A stretch of DNA of 59,284 nt, counting the filler. It is 2 parts of 2 records of this genome, joined end to end, with 100 filler letters (N's around TTAATTAATTAA, not from the genome) between each part and the next. Parts side by side here need not be neighbours in the genome. Positions count along the whole stretch, not along the records: positions 31,886 to 59,284 come from SRR20825006_1297; 1 more part is not named here. One strand, written 5' to 3'. Positions 46,592-56,848 of this stretch are shown here, in pieces. Position 1 is the first letter of the stretch, and each line of letters starts with the position of its first letter. Below the pieces are notes generated by a model. It searched no databases, had not been told where the DNA came from, and saw nothing but the letters and a program-made list of their open reading frames with translations. A program made the translations under genes and the position numbers.

Positions 46592-49115
46592 GCGCGTTGA
46601 TTTGCTTTCGAACGCGCTCGTCCCCTTGCGCGCTCAGGACCTTGAGCCCGAGGCACCTGCCGGTGCGCGCGTAGAAGCGCGCGAGTTCGAGCGCGTGGCC
46701 ATCTCTGGCGCGCAATCGCTGGAAGATCTCCTCGGCCTTCTCGTCATCCCCCTCGTATTCAGCGAGATAACCCCGCACGATAAAGCAGCGCTTTCGCAGC
46801 GAGTCGCGCGCGCTCGAGCAGCGCGCATCGAGCGCCTTCTCGAGCAGCGGGCGCGCCCGCTCGTCAGGTTTTTGTTTGGTGATGGGAAAGATCAAGATCA
46901 GCTTGTCTTGCAGCCGTTTGGCCTCGGGAGTCGTCTCGACGGCCTGGAGCAAGAACGCGAGCGCGGCGTCATCCTGATCCTGTCTGGCCATCGACTCGAC
47001 GCGCGCGATGACGGCGACCTCTCTGGCGGCGATGGGGTCCTCGAAGGTCGAGCCGAACATGACCTCGGTCCAGATCGAGATCATCTCCTCGCGTTTGGCG
47101 CGCGCGTAGTAATCGAGCAGCTTCTCGTAAGGTCTGTGATCACGTGATGAGAGGCTGACGATCTCGAGCAAGAACGAGGTCGCGCCGAACTCGCCCTCGA
47201 CCTTCTCGGCCAGCAGTGCGATCTTCCACCAGATCCTAGGCTCGGACTTCAGGAACAACTCGGCGCGTTGCCTCGGATCGCGGATCGCCTCGAGGACCAT
47301 GGGGACGATCGGCACATCGACGCGCGAATACACCTCGGGGTCGAGCAAGGCTTGAATGTGCCCGCGCGCCTCCTCGATTTCACCGGCGCGCGCGAGCACC
47401 AGCGCGTACATGGCGCGGATCGCGGCGCTCGGCTCGAGCGCATAGGCTCTGGCGGCGGCGCGTTTGGCGCGCGCGATGTCATCCTTATCGAGCGCATCCT
47501 GGGTCTCCTCGACAAAGAGCCTGCTCTCGGATGGGAGCTTTCTAGCGAGCTGTTGCCGTTCCTGGCTCGAGAGGTTGGCGAAGGCGCTATCCTTTGGAGA
47601 AGCATACGAGAGCTGCCCGAGGATGCCCGCCCCGAGCATCGCGACGACGAGCGTTGCCAGGACGCCCCACCCCGCCTTGCGAGGAACCTGCGGATAGAAG
47701 ATCTTTTTACGCCAGGTCGCGTCCGCGTCCGGCAGCTTGCCTTCCTTGCGCAGCAGGCGCGTGCGCATGTGCTCGAACCAGACCACGAGCGGGAGCCCCA
47801 ACCCGAGCGCGATAAATGGGAAGTGAAGCTGTGCGATGAGGATGGCGAGCACGCCCATCCAGAACGCCGCCAACAGATCGCGCGAGATCAGCGTATCGCG
47901 CTCGAGCAGTGAGATCGGAGCGAGCACTGAGAAGACAAGAAGCGCGATAGCGCATCCCCCGACAAACCAACCGGCGGTCATCAACCACTCGGCGAGGTCG
48001 TTCTCGATGACGGCGATGCCATAGGGGAGGACCACGGACCAGTCGATGTAGGGATAAATGGTGCGCTCGACGGCGCCCGCGCCGACGCCCAACACAGGCG
48101 CATCGAGGCTCGCTGCGAGCGCGCCGCGCGTGACCGCGGCGCGCGTGACCACGGAGGTCTGGAGTTCTCCAGTGAATGAGAGCCGCGCGCCGATAAACAC
48201 CGCGACAGAAGAGGCCGCGAGCGCGCCCAGCGTCGCGACCTGGAGGATGCGCGTCGCCGCGCCAGTCAGGCGCACGTTTTTGCGGCGCACGGCCAACGCG
48301 ACGAGTGACCAGCAACCCGTCGCGAGCAACAGCGCCCAGGCAGACGCGCCGTGACTGAGCCAGGGGAGCGCGCCAAAGAGGATCGCCGAACAGAGTCCGA
48401 TCCTGCTCCACCACGTTTGCTTATCACCGATGTATTCGACGGCGATGTGTCCGCCGATAAAGGCACAGAGCACATACAGCGAGGCGGCGTGGTTCCAGTT
48501 GACGAAGGTGCTCGCCATCTTTGGAGGGATCTGAGCCTGATAGAATCCAAGGAAGAGCTCGTCGCTCAAGAGGAACTGCCCGGTCCCAGCGAGCGCGCAG
48601 AGCGCGCCCGCGGCGAGGATCGTCACGCCGATCAGCCTGCCCACGCCCTTCTCGAGCGGCATGTTGGCGATGGCGAGTGATGCGAGCGCCAGCGTGCTCC
48701 AGCGAGCCCCGCGCGCGAGGCTCGCGCCAGGATCGAGCGAGAGCGTTCGCCATCCTGTCGCGTCCGCACCATCCCAGACTCCCATGGCGGCGGCGTAGAG
48801 GTCGAAGCCGCGCGAGTGAAAGATCTGTTGCACAAAACCTGGGAGCGGGAGCGCCTGAAAACAGGCGGTGATGGCGAGCAGTGAGAACGCGATCGTCAGC
48901 GGCGAGAGGGACACTTGCTCGAGGCGCTCTCGCCGCATCACGAGAGCCGCCGAGGTGGCGACGAGCGTGCCGAGCGCGAGGACGACAGGCGCGTGCACGC
49001 CGCCGATGGCGAGCGGCGCGATGAGGATAGCGAGCGCGAGCGGCGCGAAGAGCTTGGGGGAGCGAGACCTACGCCTCCTCCTCGTTCGCTTCTTCTTCTT
49101 GCCCTCTTCGCTCAC
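46560..49115 (-). CDS. O-antigen ligase/Wzy_C-like membrane protein with C-terminal TPR-like region
   Basis: ~12 TM segments; STFVNWNH, P.LGVGAGA and ENDLAEWL..AG motifs; soluble helical C-terminus. Confidence 0.78.
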   Translation of the reverse strand: MSEEGKKKKRTRRRRRSRSPKLFAPLALAILIAPLAIGGVHAPVVLALGTLVATSAALVMRRERLEQVSLSPLTIAFSLLAITACFQALPLPGFVQQIFHSRGFDLYAAAMGVWDGADATGWRTLSLDPGASLARGARWSTLALASLAIANMPLEKGVGRLIGVTILAAGALCALAGTGQFLLSDELFLGFYQAQIPPKMASTFVNWNHAASLYVLCAFIGGHIAVEYIGDKQTWWSRIGLCSAILFGALPWLSHGASAWALLLATGCWSLVALAVRRKNVRLTGAATRILQVATLGALAASSVAVFIGARLSFTGELQTSVVTRAAVTRGALAASLDAPVLGVGAGAVERTIYPYIDWSVVLPYGIAVIENDLAEWLMTAGWFVGGCAIALLVFSVLAPISLLERDTLISRDLLAAFWMGVLAILIAQLHFPFIALGLGLPLVVWFEHMRTRLLRKEGKLPDADATWRKKIFYPQVPRKAGWGVLATLVVAMLGAGILGQLSYASPKDSAFANLSSQERQQLARKLPSESRLFVEETQDALDKDDIARAKRAAARAYALEPSAAIRAMYALVLARAGEIEEARGHIQALLDPEVYSRVDVPIVPMVLEAIRDPRQRAELFLKSEPRIWWKIALLAEKVEGEFGATSFLLEIVSLSSRDHRPYEKLLDYYARAKREEMISIWTEVMFGSTFEDPIAAREVAVIARVESMARQDQDDAALAFLLQAVETTPEAKRLQDKLILIFPITKQKPDERARPLLEKALDARCSSARDSLRKRCFIVRGYLAEYEGDDEKAEEIFQRLRARDGHALELARFYARTGRCLGLKVLSAQGDERVRKQINALKQKCRRPAP

Positions 49116-49377
49116 GACTTACCTCTCATCACGCCATCACTCACTTTGTCTGTTCCAAGCTGCATCCGTCGAAGTCAGGTGCACGCGAGGCAAGTGCGAT
49201 GACCGGGTCACCGCACCTCTCGACTTGTCGGACAACCTCAGGCAGTAGTAATGGCTGTTCGTGTTCGCCAAAGCAGGCGTACGTCGCGCGAGGTTTTTGG
49301 AGTTCAAACGCCTCGACGCTAACAAAAAAACCCGTCGCTTTGCAATCGACTCGTCCCGAAAACCCCGGCATCACTCC

Positions 49378-50892
49378 ATGAGCCAGAACCCGACCGACCC
49401 CGAGGAAGAAACACTCGGTCAGAAAATGGCGCGCGCGTTGAGTTACTCGACCCTGATCACGGTCGTGTTGCAGATCCTGGGGTTCTTGCGCTCGATCATC
49501 CTGGCGAAGTTGCTGCTGCCGACAGACTTTGGTCTCTACGGGCTGGTGATGACGGTGGTGACCGGGTTGCAGGTCTTCACGCAGCTTGGCGTGAAGCAGG
49601 TCGTGATCACGACACCTGTCGAGGATGACGCGCAGAAGCTGCGGTGGGCGAGCACGGCGTGGTGGGTCAACCTGATCAAGGGGTGCTTCCTGCTGGTGAT
49701 CATCCTCGCGCTGGCGCCGATGTTCGGGGAGTTCTTCGACGAGCCGAGGTTGGTGAAGCTTTTGCGGCTGGCGGCGCTGGTGCCGTTCTTCCAGATGATC
49801 TCGAGCGTCGGGTTGATTTATCTGAACAAGGAGCTCGACCTGAAGCGCCTCTTCTACTGGGAGGGGATCAAGGGAATCCTGGGGTTCTGTGTCACCGTCG
49901 GGCTTTGCTACTGGCTCGAGAGCGCGCTGGCGCTGGTGATCGGGGTGATTTTTTCGGAAGCCTTCGGCGCGATCCTCTCTTATATCGTCGCGCCGATGTG
50001 GCCAAAATTCGCGCTGGATCGACCGTTGCTAAAGCGCGTGGCGCGCTACACGCGCAGCACGCTGCCGGTGGCCGTGCTGACGTTTGTCACCACGCAGGTC
50101 GATGACATCGCCATCGGCAAGATCCTCGGCGCGCGCGAGCTCGGCTTCTACACGCTCGCCTACGGCTTCGCGCTGCTGCCGATCAAGCTCATCAGCGAGA
50201 TCCTCGACCGGACCTTGCTGCCAGCCTTCTCGCAATCGATCGAACAGGGCGGCATCGAGAGCGGCGCCAGGCTCTGGCAGCAGATCTTCGAGGCGCTCGC
50301 CTGGTTGCTGGCGATCATCCTGTTTCCGATCTTCTACTTCCACAACGAGGTGATCGAGGTCTTCTACGGCGAGAAATGGGCAGCCGCGGCGCCGTTGCTG
50401 GCGATCATGCTCTGGCTCGGGTTGTTCAGGAGCTGGACGTTGATTTCGGGGAGGATGCTCTACGCGATCGACAGGCCAGAGGTGAACGCGCGCGCCAAGA
50501 TGGTGGAGACGGTCCTGTTTTTGGCGATCCTGTTTTATCTCGTGCCTCGTTATGGCGCGGTGGGTGGCGCGATCGCGGGGCTGGTCAATTACATACTTGC
50601 CTTCAGCTTTCGGTCCGTCTATGTGGTTTGGCGCTGCGGGCTCCCGTGGGGCTTGTTGCCGAGAGCCGCGCTCAAGCTGGCGACGGCCTTCGCGCTCGTG
50701 GCCCCGATCTGGTGGATCGCGCGCGACAACGGCGTATTATCACTGCTCGCGGGTCTGCTCGCCGCAGGATTGATCGCGGCGTTGGCCTACAGGAGCGAGC
50801 GCGAATTGATCGGCAAGGTGCGCGAAAACTTGAAGCGTCCAGGCAAGAACACGGACAGGGACGCGAGCCCAGGAGAAGCGAGCGATGGCTGA
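49378..50892 (+). CDS. wzx: Wzx-type oligosaccharide flippase
   Basis: ILAKLLLPTDFGLYG, D.IAIGK.LG..ELGFYTLAY and YGEKW..AAP motifs; multi-TM. Confidence 0.9.
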   Translation: MSQNPTDPEEETLGQKMARALSYSTLITVVLQILGFLRSIILAKLLLPTDFGLYGLVMTVVTGLQVFTQLGVKQVVITTPVEDDAQKLRWASTAWWVNLIKGCFLLVIILALAPMFGEFFDEPRLVKLLRLAALVPFFQMISSVGLIYLNKELDLKRLFYWEGIKGILGFCVTVGLCYWLESALALVIGVIFSEAFGAILSYIVAPMWPKFALDRPLLKRVARYTRSTLPVAVLTFVTTQVDDIAIGKILGARELGFYTLAYGFALLPIKLISEILDRTLLPAFSQSIEQGGIESGARLWQQIFEALAWLLAIILFPIFYFHNEVIEVFYGEKWAAAAPLLAIMLWLGLFRSWTLISGRMLYAIDRPEVNARAKMVETVLFLAILFYLVPRYGAVGGAIAGLVNYILAFSFRSVYVVWRCGLPWGLLPRAALKLATAFALVAPIWWIARDNGVLSLLAGLLAAGLIAALAYRSERELIGKVRENLKRPGKNTDRDASPGEASDG

Positions 50893-51574
50893 AGCAGAAG
50901 AACACGACGTCGATGTGGACCTCGACCTCGATGGCCCCTGGCGCATCGGCGAGGAGACCTTCGCCACGATCGTCGAGGATATGCGAGAGCTGCAACCTCG
51001 CAGCATCGTCGAGTTTGGCTCGGGCGCATCCTCTGTGAGGTTGGCGCAGACCTTCCCCGACGCGCATATCTTCTCGCTCGAGCATGACCCGGAGTACTTC
51101 CGGCAGACGCGCGCGCTCCAGAAGAACTTCCCCGACATGGCAAACCTGGACGTCGATCCTCGCCCGCTCGCCTGGCAGCGTCATCACGGCAGCCTTTATT
51201 ACAGCTACGGGTTGGGCTCGTTCCCCAAAGAGATCGACGCGGTGATTATCGACGGTCCCCCCAGGAAATATCTGGGCGGTCGCGAGGCATGTTTCTATCA
51301 GGTGTATGATCACCTGCGCGTTGGCGGACGTATTTACCTCGATGATTGCGAGCGCGACGGGGAGCTTCGCGCGATCTCGAACTGGCTCTATCGCTACCGC
51401 GAGGAGATGGGTGAGTGCGTGCGGTTTATCCACGGGCGCCATCACCTGTGCATCTTCGAGAAGAGGTCGCACGAGGCACATCCGCGCAAGAACCTCGGCT
51501 TGCAGATCGAGAACCGCATCCAGGTCGCCAGGAATGTCACGCGCGCGATTCGTCGCCGCCTGCGCGACAAATGA
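50885..51574 (+). CDS. Class I SAM-dependent methyltransferase
   Basis: IVEFGSGASS, SLEHD, IIDGPP and GG.IYLDD..R.GE motifs. Confidence 0.88.
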   Translation: MAEAEEHDVDVDLDLDGPWRIGEETFATIVEDMRELQPRSIVEFGSGASSVRLAQTFPDAHIFSLEHDPEYFRQTRALQKNFPDMANLDVDPRPLAWQRHHGSLYYSYGLGSFPKEIDAVIIDGPPRKYLGGREACFYQVYDHLRVGGRIYLDDCERDGELRAISNWLYRYREEMGECVRFIHGRHHLCIFEKRSHEAHPRKNLGLQIENRIQVARNVTRAIRRRLRDK

Positions 51575-51803
51575 AATGACAGCCCACGCGATCGATACCA
51601 GAAGATCGCGTAACCCTTGTAAATTCAGGTGGGACCGGCTGAGATTGACGAACGAGGGGAGCCTCTCTAGTATGCACCTCCTCGCACGACGCCGAGAAAA
51701 ATGGGCGTTCAGGCTTCTCTCACAGGTCCAGGCGTGATCTCGAAAGGAGCACCACGCGACTTCCTGGATGCCTGGCGCTTCGAGGACGAGCAAGTAACGA
51801 AAC

Positions 51804-54059
51804 ATGTCCAACGATCTCTACATCCCGGACGGACCGGCCGTCCCTCAAAAGCAAGAGGAGGACGGCCCTTCTCTGACGCAGATCGTGTCGTATGTGTTCG
51901 GGTTGCTTCGCAAGTACTTCTGGATTTTCATCCTGACTTGCGCGGCGACAACCAGCGCCGCCTACTTCTGGACCGAGCGCCAGCCGCGCGTCTACCGCGC
52001 GCAGGCAAAGCTCATCTTCCACGAATCTCAGAGCAACATCTTCGGACGCCAGATCGAGCGCGTGGACCTCATGGATCCGGGCGGGCGGTGGCAGTTCGAG
52101 CAGTTCTGGAGGACGCAGAAAGAGATCCTCGACTCCACAGAGTTCGCCACGCGCGTCGCGCGACGCGGTGATTTCCTGGGTCGCGAGGGCTTTGTCCCCA
52201 AGACAGACAAGGACGGCAAGGCGCTCGGTGAGGATCGTCGCCTGGAGCTTGCCGCCGCGAAGGTTCGCTCGAGCACCACGCTGAGTTTGACCACCAACTC
52301 TCGCGTGGTGAACGTCAGCGCGACCACGGTCAATGACCCCGAGCTCGCGCAAGAGATCGCCAACGCTTACGCCAAGGCGTACATCGACTACACGCGCGAG
52401 TTTCAATCGGGCGGTCTCAACCAGATGATCTCGTGGTTCGACGACTACGTGGCGAACAAGCGCGACGAGCTCGGCAAGGCGCAGAACAAGCTCCTGCAAT
52501 ACAAGCGCGACAAGGGAATCCTCTCGATCTCCTATGAAGATCGCATGGGGCTGACCGGCTCGAACATGGAGCTGATCAACCAGCAGCTCAACACCGTCAA
52601 GGCAAAGCTCGCGGCAGAAGAAGCGCTGCTGTCGCAGATCCGCGATATGGAAAAGCGCGGCGAGGATATGCGTAACCTGGCGGCGTTCATCGACCAGAGC
52701 GGCTCGCTCTCGGATGCGATCCAGCGTCAGGCGTTGCTTCGCGAGAAGGTCGCGCAGTTGCAAGGTCGCGGCTACCTCAATGAGAACCCCGAGATCAAGG
52801 CGGCGCGCGGCGAGCTCGAGCTGATCGAGAAGCACATCACCGAAGAGATCGACCGCATCAAGAGCGGCATCAAGAACCGCGCAGCGACCTCTCGACGCGA
52901 GCGCTCTCGCCTCGAGGCCGAGCTCAAGACCTTGCGTGGCGAGGCATTCGAACTCGACGCCGTGGGCGTGGAGTACGGTCAGCTCAAGGACAACGCCGAG
53001 AACCTCAAGGAGCTGTTCCAGACGGTGCTCAAGCGCTCCGAAGAGCTCGACATCAACTCGCTCTACGAGTCGAACAACGTCCAGATCCTCGAGGAAGCGC
53101 GCAAACCGGGAGCGCCGATTTCGCCCAACATGACGCTCAACCTGTTGATCGGGTTGGCGTTGGGGTTGGGTCTTGGCGCCGCGATCCTGGCGTTGATTTA
53201 CCTGCTCGACAACACGGTGCGGAGCGAGCACGACATCACGCGTTACACCGATCGCCCTGTCCTCGGCACGCTGCCAGCGGTCGACAGCAACATGATCAAG
53301 GATCTGACGCAGGGTCAGGACAACCCGCTCGACCTGATCACGCACATCGCGCCTCGCTCGACCTTCGCAGAGGGGATCAAGAGCTTGCGCACCAACCTGA
53401 TGTTCATGGCGCCAGACAACCCGCCAAAGGTCCTCATGGTGACGAGCCCTGGTCCTGGCGAGGGCAAGACGCTCATCAGCACGAACATGGCCGTGGCGAT
53501 GGCGCAGTCAGGTCTCAAGACCTTGCTTATCGACGCCGACATGCGCCGACCGCGCGTGCACAAGGCGCTCGGGCTGGAGAACGACCAGGGTGGTCTCGTC
53601 GAGCTTCTGGAGAGGCGCGAGGAGCTCGCCAATGTCGTGCGTGAGACACCCGTGGAGAACCTCCACGTGTTGACGTGTGGCGAGATCCCGCCAAACCCCG
53701 CAGAGCTGCTCCACGCAGATTCGCTGCCCGGGATCATCGACGAGATGCTCGAGATGTACGATCGCGTCATCTTCGACTCACCGCCTCTGGGCGCGGTCTC
53801 GGATGCCCTGGTGCTCTCTCACTTTGTCGAGAGCGTGATCCTGATCACGAAGTTTGGCCAGACGCGACGCGAGCTGCTCAAGCGCTCGATCGAACAGCTC
53901 GTGACGATCGGCGCGCCGCTCATGGGCTGCGTGCTCAACAACATCGACACGTCTGCCGGTGGTTACGGCTACTACAACTACTACTATTACTACCGCTACA
54001 ACTACGAAGAGCAGCCCGAGAGCAAGCCCAAGCGCAAGAAGCGCGGCGAAGCCGCGTGA
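51804..54059 (+). CDS. wzc: Polysaccharide co-polymerase/tyrosine autokinase (Wzc/GumC-like)
   Basis: Two TM segments with periplasmic coiled coil; LRTNL, PGEGKT, IDADMRRP, PPNPAELL and DSPP motifs; C-terminal Tyr cluster. Confidence 0.95.
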   Translation: MSNDLYIPDGPAVPQKQEEDGPSLTQIVSYVFGLLRKYFWIFILTCAATTSAAYFWTERQPRVYRAQAKLIFHESQSNIFGRQIERVDLMDPGGRWQFEQFWRTQKEILDSTEFATRVARRGDFLGREGFVPKTDKDGKALGEDRRLELAAAKVRSSTTLSLTTNSRVVNVSATTVNDPELAQEIANAYAKAYIDYTREFQSGGLNQMISWFDDYVANKRDELGKAQNKLLQYKRDKGILSISYEDRMGLTGSNMELINQQLNTVKAKLAAEEALLSQIRDMEKRGEDMRNLAAFIDQSGSLSDAIQRQALLREKVAQLQGRGYLNENPEIKAARGELELIEKHITEEIDRIKSGIKNRAATSRRERSRLEAELKTLRGEAFELDAVGVEYGQLKDNAENLKELFQTVLKRSEELDINSLYESNNVQILEEARKPGAPISPNMTLNLLIGLALGLGLGAAILALIYLLDNTVRSEHDITRYTDRPVLGTLPAVDSNMIKDLTQGQDNPLDLITHIAPRSTFAEGIKSLRTNLMFMAPDNPPKVLMVTSPGPGEGKTLISTNMAVAMAQSGLKTLLIDADMRRPRVHKALGLENDQGGLVELLERREELANVVRETPVENLHVLTCGEIPPNPAELLHADSLPGIIDEMLEMYDRVIFDSPPLGAVSDALVLSHFVESVILITKFGQTRRELLKRSIEQLVTIGAPLMGCVLNNIDTSAGGYGYYNYYYYYRYNYEEQPESKPKRKKRGEAA

Positions 54060-54071
54060 AAGCGCGCCGCC

Positions 54072-55190
54072 TTAGCGGCCACAGCTCTCGACCGCATCCT
54101 TCAACACGCTCGCGACATGTTCGATTTGCGCCATGCTCAATCCTGGCCAGATCGGCAACGCGAGGATGCGTTGACAGGTTTGCTCTGCCACTGGCAGCGC
54201 GCCCGGTTTGTAACCGAGCGGCGCGAAGCACTCCTGCAAGTGCAACGGCCCGGGGTAATACACCATCGTGCCGACGCCAGCCTGTGTGAGCCTGTCGCGT
54301 ACCTCGTCGCGGTGCTCCAACAAGACAGAGTACTGATTGTAGACGTGCTCCTCGCGTCGCTCGAACATGGGAGTGAGGATCCCTTCGCAGTCGGCGAGGA
54401 GGTCGTCATAGGCAGCCGCGCTCGCCTGGCGCTGGCGAGTCCAGTGCGCCAGGCCGTCGATTTTGACGGAGAGCATCGCAGCCTGCAGCGCGTCGAGGCG
54501 AAAGTTCCCGCCGATAACAGCGTGGTGATACTTGGGCTGCGCGCCGTGTCGACAGCGAATGCGAATGCGTTCTGCGAGGTCCTCGTTCTGACAGGTGATC
54601 ATCCCACCATCCCCGAAACCTCCGAGGTTCTTTGTGGGAAAGAAGCTAAAGCACCCGACATCGCCCACGCCGCCAGCGGGCGCGCTCGACGCGCCCGCGC
54701 CGACGGCTTGCGCGGCGTCCTCGATGACGAGCAGGTCGTATGTTTTGGCGAGGTTCAGCAGTGGCGTCATCGGCGCCATTTGTCCGAACAGATGCACGGG
54801 AATGATCGCGCGCGTTCTTGGCGTGATCGCCTCCTCGACAAGCTCCGGGTCGAGGTTGAACGTGCGCGCGTCGACATCGACAAACACAGGCGTCGCGCCC
54901 ACGCGAGCGATGCATCCTGCGGTCGCGAAGAACGTGAACGGCGTCGTGATCACCTCGTCGCCAGGGCCAATATCTGCGGCCATCAGCGCGGCGAGGAGCG
55001 CATCTGTCCCGCTCGATACGCCGATGGCGTGAGCGGTCCCGGTGAGTTCACAGAAGGTCTGCTCGAGCTTCGCGACCTCGCCACCACCGATAAAGCGCTG
55101 GGAATCGATCACGCGCGCGCAGGCGTCGAGCAGCTCCTGTCGCAATGGAGCGTGGATCGCGTCGAGGTTCATAAAGGGAATGTCAGGCAT
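54072..55190 (-). CDS. DegT/DnrJ/EryC1/StrS sugar aminotransferase (WbpE-like)
   Basis: SSGTDAL, FTFFATA, VHLFGQ, EDAAQA, SFFPTKNLG and NFRLDALQAA motifs. Confidence 0.93.
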   Translation of the reverse strand: MPDIPFMNLDAIHAPLRQELLDACARVIDSQRFIGGGEVAKLEQTFCELTGTAHAIGVSSGTDALLAALMAADIGPGDEVITTPFTFFATAGCIARVGATPVFVDVDARTFNLDPELVEEAITPRTRAIIPVHLFGQMAPMTPLLNLAKTYDLLVIEDAAQAVGAGASSAPAGGVGDVGCFSFFPTKNLGGFGDGGMITCQNEDLAERIRIRCRHGAQPKYHHAVIGGNFRLDALQAAMLSVKIDGLAHWTRQRQASAAAYDDLLADCEGILTPMFERREEHVYNQYSVLLEHRDEVRDRLTQAGVGTMVYYPGPLHLQECFAPLGYKPGALPVAEQTCQRILALPIWPGLSMAQIEHVASVLKDAVESCGR

Positions 55191-55191
55191 A

Positions 55192-55785
55192 TCAGGGAGC
55201 ATCCTCGAGCAACGAGAGCGCGCCTTGGCGCAGTTGGTAACGACGATCGCATCGATCACATGCGGCGAGAGCGTCGATGATCTCGAGCCTCTCGCCGCAC
55301 CGACAGACCCAACCGAGAGGTCTGGCGGGGTTTCCGACGACGAGCGCGAAAGGGGGTACATCACGCGTGACCACGCTGCCAGCGCCGATCATGCAATCAT
55401 GTCCGAGGCGCACGCCGCAGACGATGGTGGCGTTGGCGCCGATGCTGACGCCCTGCTCGACCTGTGTGGTGGCGAACTCGTCGCGACGTGGGGTGTGAGC
55501 TCTGGGAGTGAGGACGTTGGTGAAGACAGCGCTCGGACCAACGAACACATCCTGCGCGAGCTCGACCCCTTCATAGATCGAGACGTTGTTCTGGATCTTG
55601 CAGTTTTTGCCAATGCGCACGCCCGGCGCGACGTAGCATCCCTGACCGATCTGCGCGCCGCGCTCGAGCGCGGCGCCTTCGCGCACGTGGCAGAAGTGCC
55701 AGACCTTGACCTCCTCGGCCAGTGATGCCGCTGGCGAGACCACGGCGGTCGGGTGAACGTAGACGCCCTCGGGCCAATCACTCAT
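55192..55785 (-). CDS. Hexapeptide N-acetyltransferase (WbpD-like) with C-terminal Cys knuckle
   Basis: KVWHFCHV, KIQNNVSIYEGV, GPSAVFTN, GANATIVCG and GWVCRCG motifs. Confidence 0.9.
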   Translation of the reverse strand: MSDWPEGVYVHPTAVVSPAASLAEEVKVWHFCHVREGAALERGAQIGQGCYVAPGVRIGKNCKIQNNVSIYEGVELAQDVFVGPSAVFTNVLTPRAHTPRRDEFATTQVEQGVSIGANATIVCGVRLGHDCMIGAGSVVTRDVPPFALVVGNPARPLGWVCRCGERLEIIDALAACDRCDRRYQLRQGALSLLEDAP

Positions 55786-56848
55786 CGGCTTGCTCCAGAC
55801 AATCAGCGGGGATCAGATCGGCGAGCAGGACGCGTTGACGCGTCCTGCTCGCCGCGCGCGCGGCGTCGACGATCGCAGCGCCGATCAGCGGTGGACCAGC
55901 GACAGCGGGCAGCTGACCCGTGGCGTTGTCCAGCGTGTCGAGCAGATCGCGATAGAGGGTCAGGTGCCCGCTGTCGCGCATCTGGCGCGTTCGCGCCGAC
56001 GCATCCTCGCGCTCGGCAGGCGTCGTGAAGTCAGCGGCGAGCTCCCAGACCTCGATCTTATCGCAGGCCGGACCTCCGAGGCGGATGGTTCCGCGCTCGC
56101 CGAGGATCGTCATCGAGGCTTCGAGGTTGCGAGGATAGGTCAACATGCTCGCCATGAAGGTGCCGAGGCACTCGGGCCACTCCAGCACAAACGCGGCGCT
56201 ATCGGACGCCTCGATATCGCGCGCGAGCGTGGCCTCGCGGCCTGAAATAGCTACCGGCGCGCCCAGAATCCACCCGAGCAGATCGAGGTAATGGTTGGTC
56301 TGATTGAGCAGGACGCCGCCATCGAGTGATTCTGTGCCGCGCCAGGGCGCGGCGTCGTAGTAATCCTGTGGCCTGGTCCAGAAGACGCGCACATCCACAG
56401 CGTGCACGTTCCCAAGGTGCCCCTCTTGCACCGCACGACGAAGCAATCGAAGCGTCGGGTAAGAGCGCATCTGATAACAGACAAAGAGAGCGCGTTCTGC
56501 GCGCGCCGCGTGCGCGCGCAGAACGCGCGCATCCTCGAGCGTCATCGCCAGTGGTTTCTCCGCGAGCACATGTGCACCTGCATCGAGCGCCGCGAGCACA
56601 TGCTCGCGGTGCATTCCGCTGGGCGAGGTAATGCACACCAGGTCATAGGATCGAGCGGCGAGGAGGTCATCGACGTGCTCGTGCCTCGCCGCACCTTCCG
56701 GCGTGGGAGTGGCAGCGTCGGCGAGGCAAGGATCGCATATGGCGACGAGCTCGAGCCTGTCCGAGAGCGCTTGGATCGCGGTGATATGGCGTTTTGCGAT
56801 GCGACCGAAGCCGATCATCGCGACGCTGAGTTTGCCGAGTTCAGGCAT
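55778..56848 (-). CDS. Gfo/Idh/MocA oxidoreductase (WbpB-like sugar 3-dehydrogenase)
   Basis: IGFGRIA, SPSGMH, EKPLA, WTRPQDYY...WRGT..LDGG..NQ..H..D motifs. Confidence 0.9.
   Translation of the reverse strand: MPELGKLSVAMIGFGRIAKRHITAIQALSDRLELVAICDPCLADAATPTPEGAARHEHVDDLLAARSYDLVCITSPSGMHREHVLAALDAGAHVLAEKPLAMTLEDARVLRAHAARAERALFVCYQMRSYPTLRLLRRAVQEGHLGNVHAVDVRVFWTRPQDYYDAAPWRGTESLDGGVLLNQTNHYLDLLGWILGAPVAISGREATLARDIEASDSAAFVLEWPECLGTFMASMLTYPRNLEASMTILGERGTIRLGGPACDKIEVWELAADFTTPAEREDASARTRQMRDSGHLTLYRDLLDTLDNATGQLPAVAGPPLIGAAIVDAARAASRTRQRVLLADLIPADCLEQADE

Noticed and set aside
53962-54006. TAC-rich low-complexity repeat
   Set aside because: It encodes the expected C-terminal tyrosine cluster of Wzc.
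32951-55280. Many long antisense or alternate-frame ORFs (e.g. 32951-33967, 37191-38273, 44654-45988, 51720-53345, 54117-55280)
   Set aside because: Shadow ORFs of well-supported genes in GC-rich DNA; no recognisable motifs.
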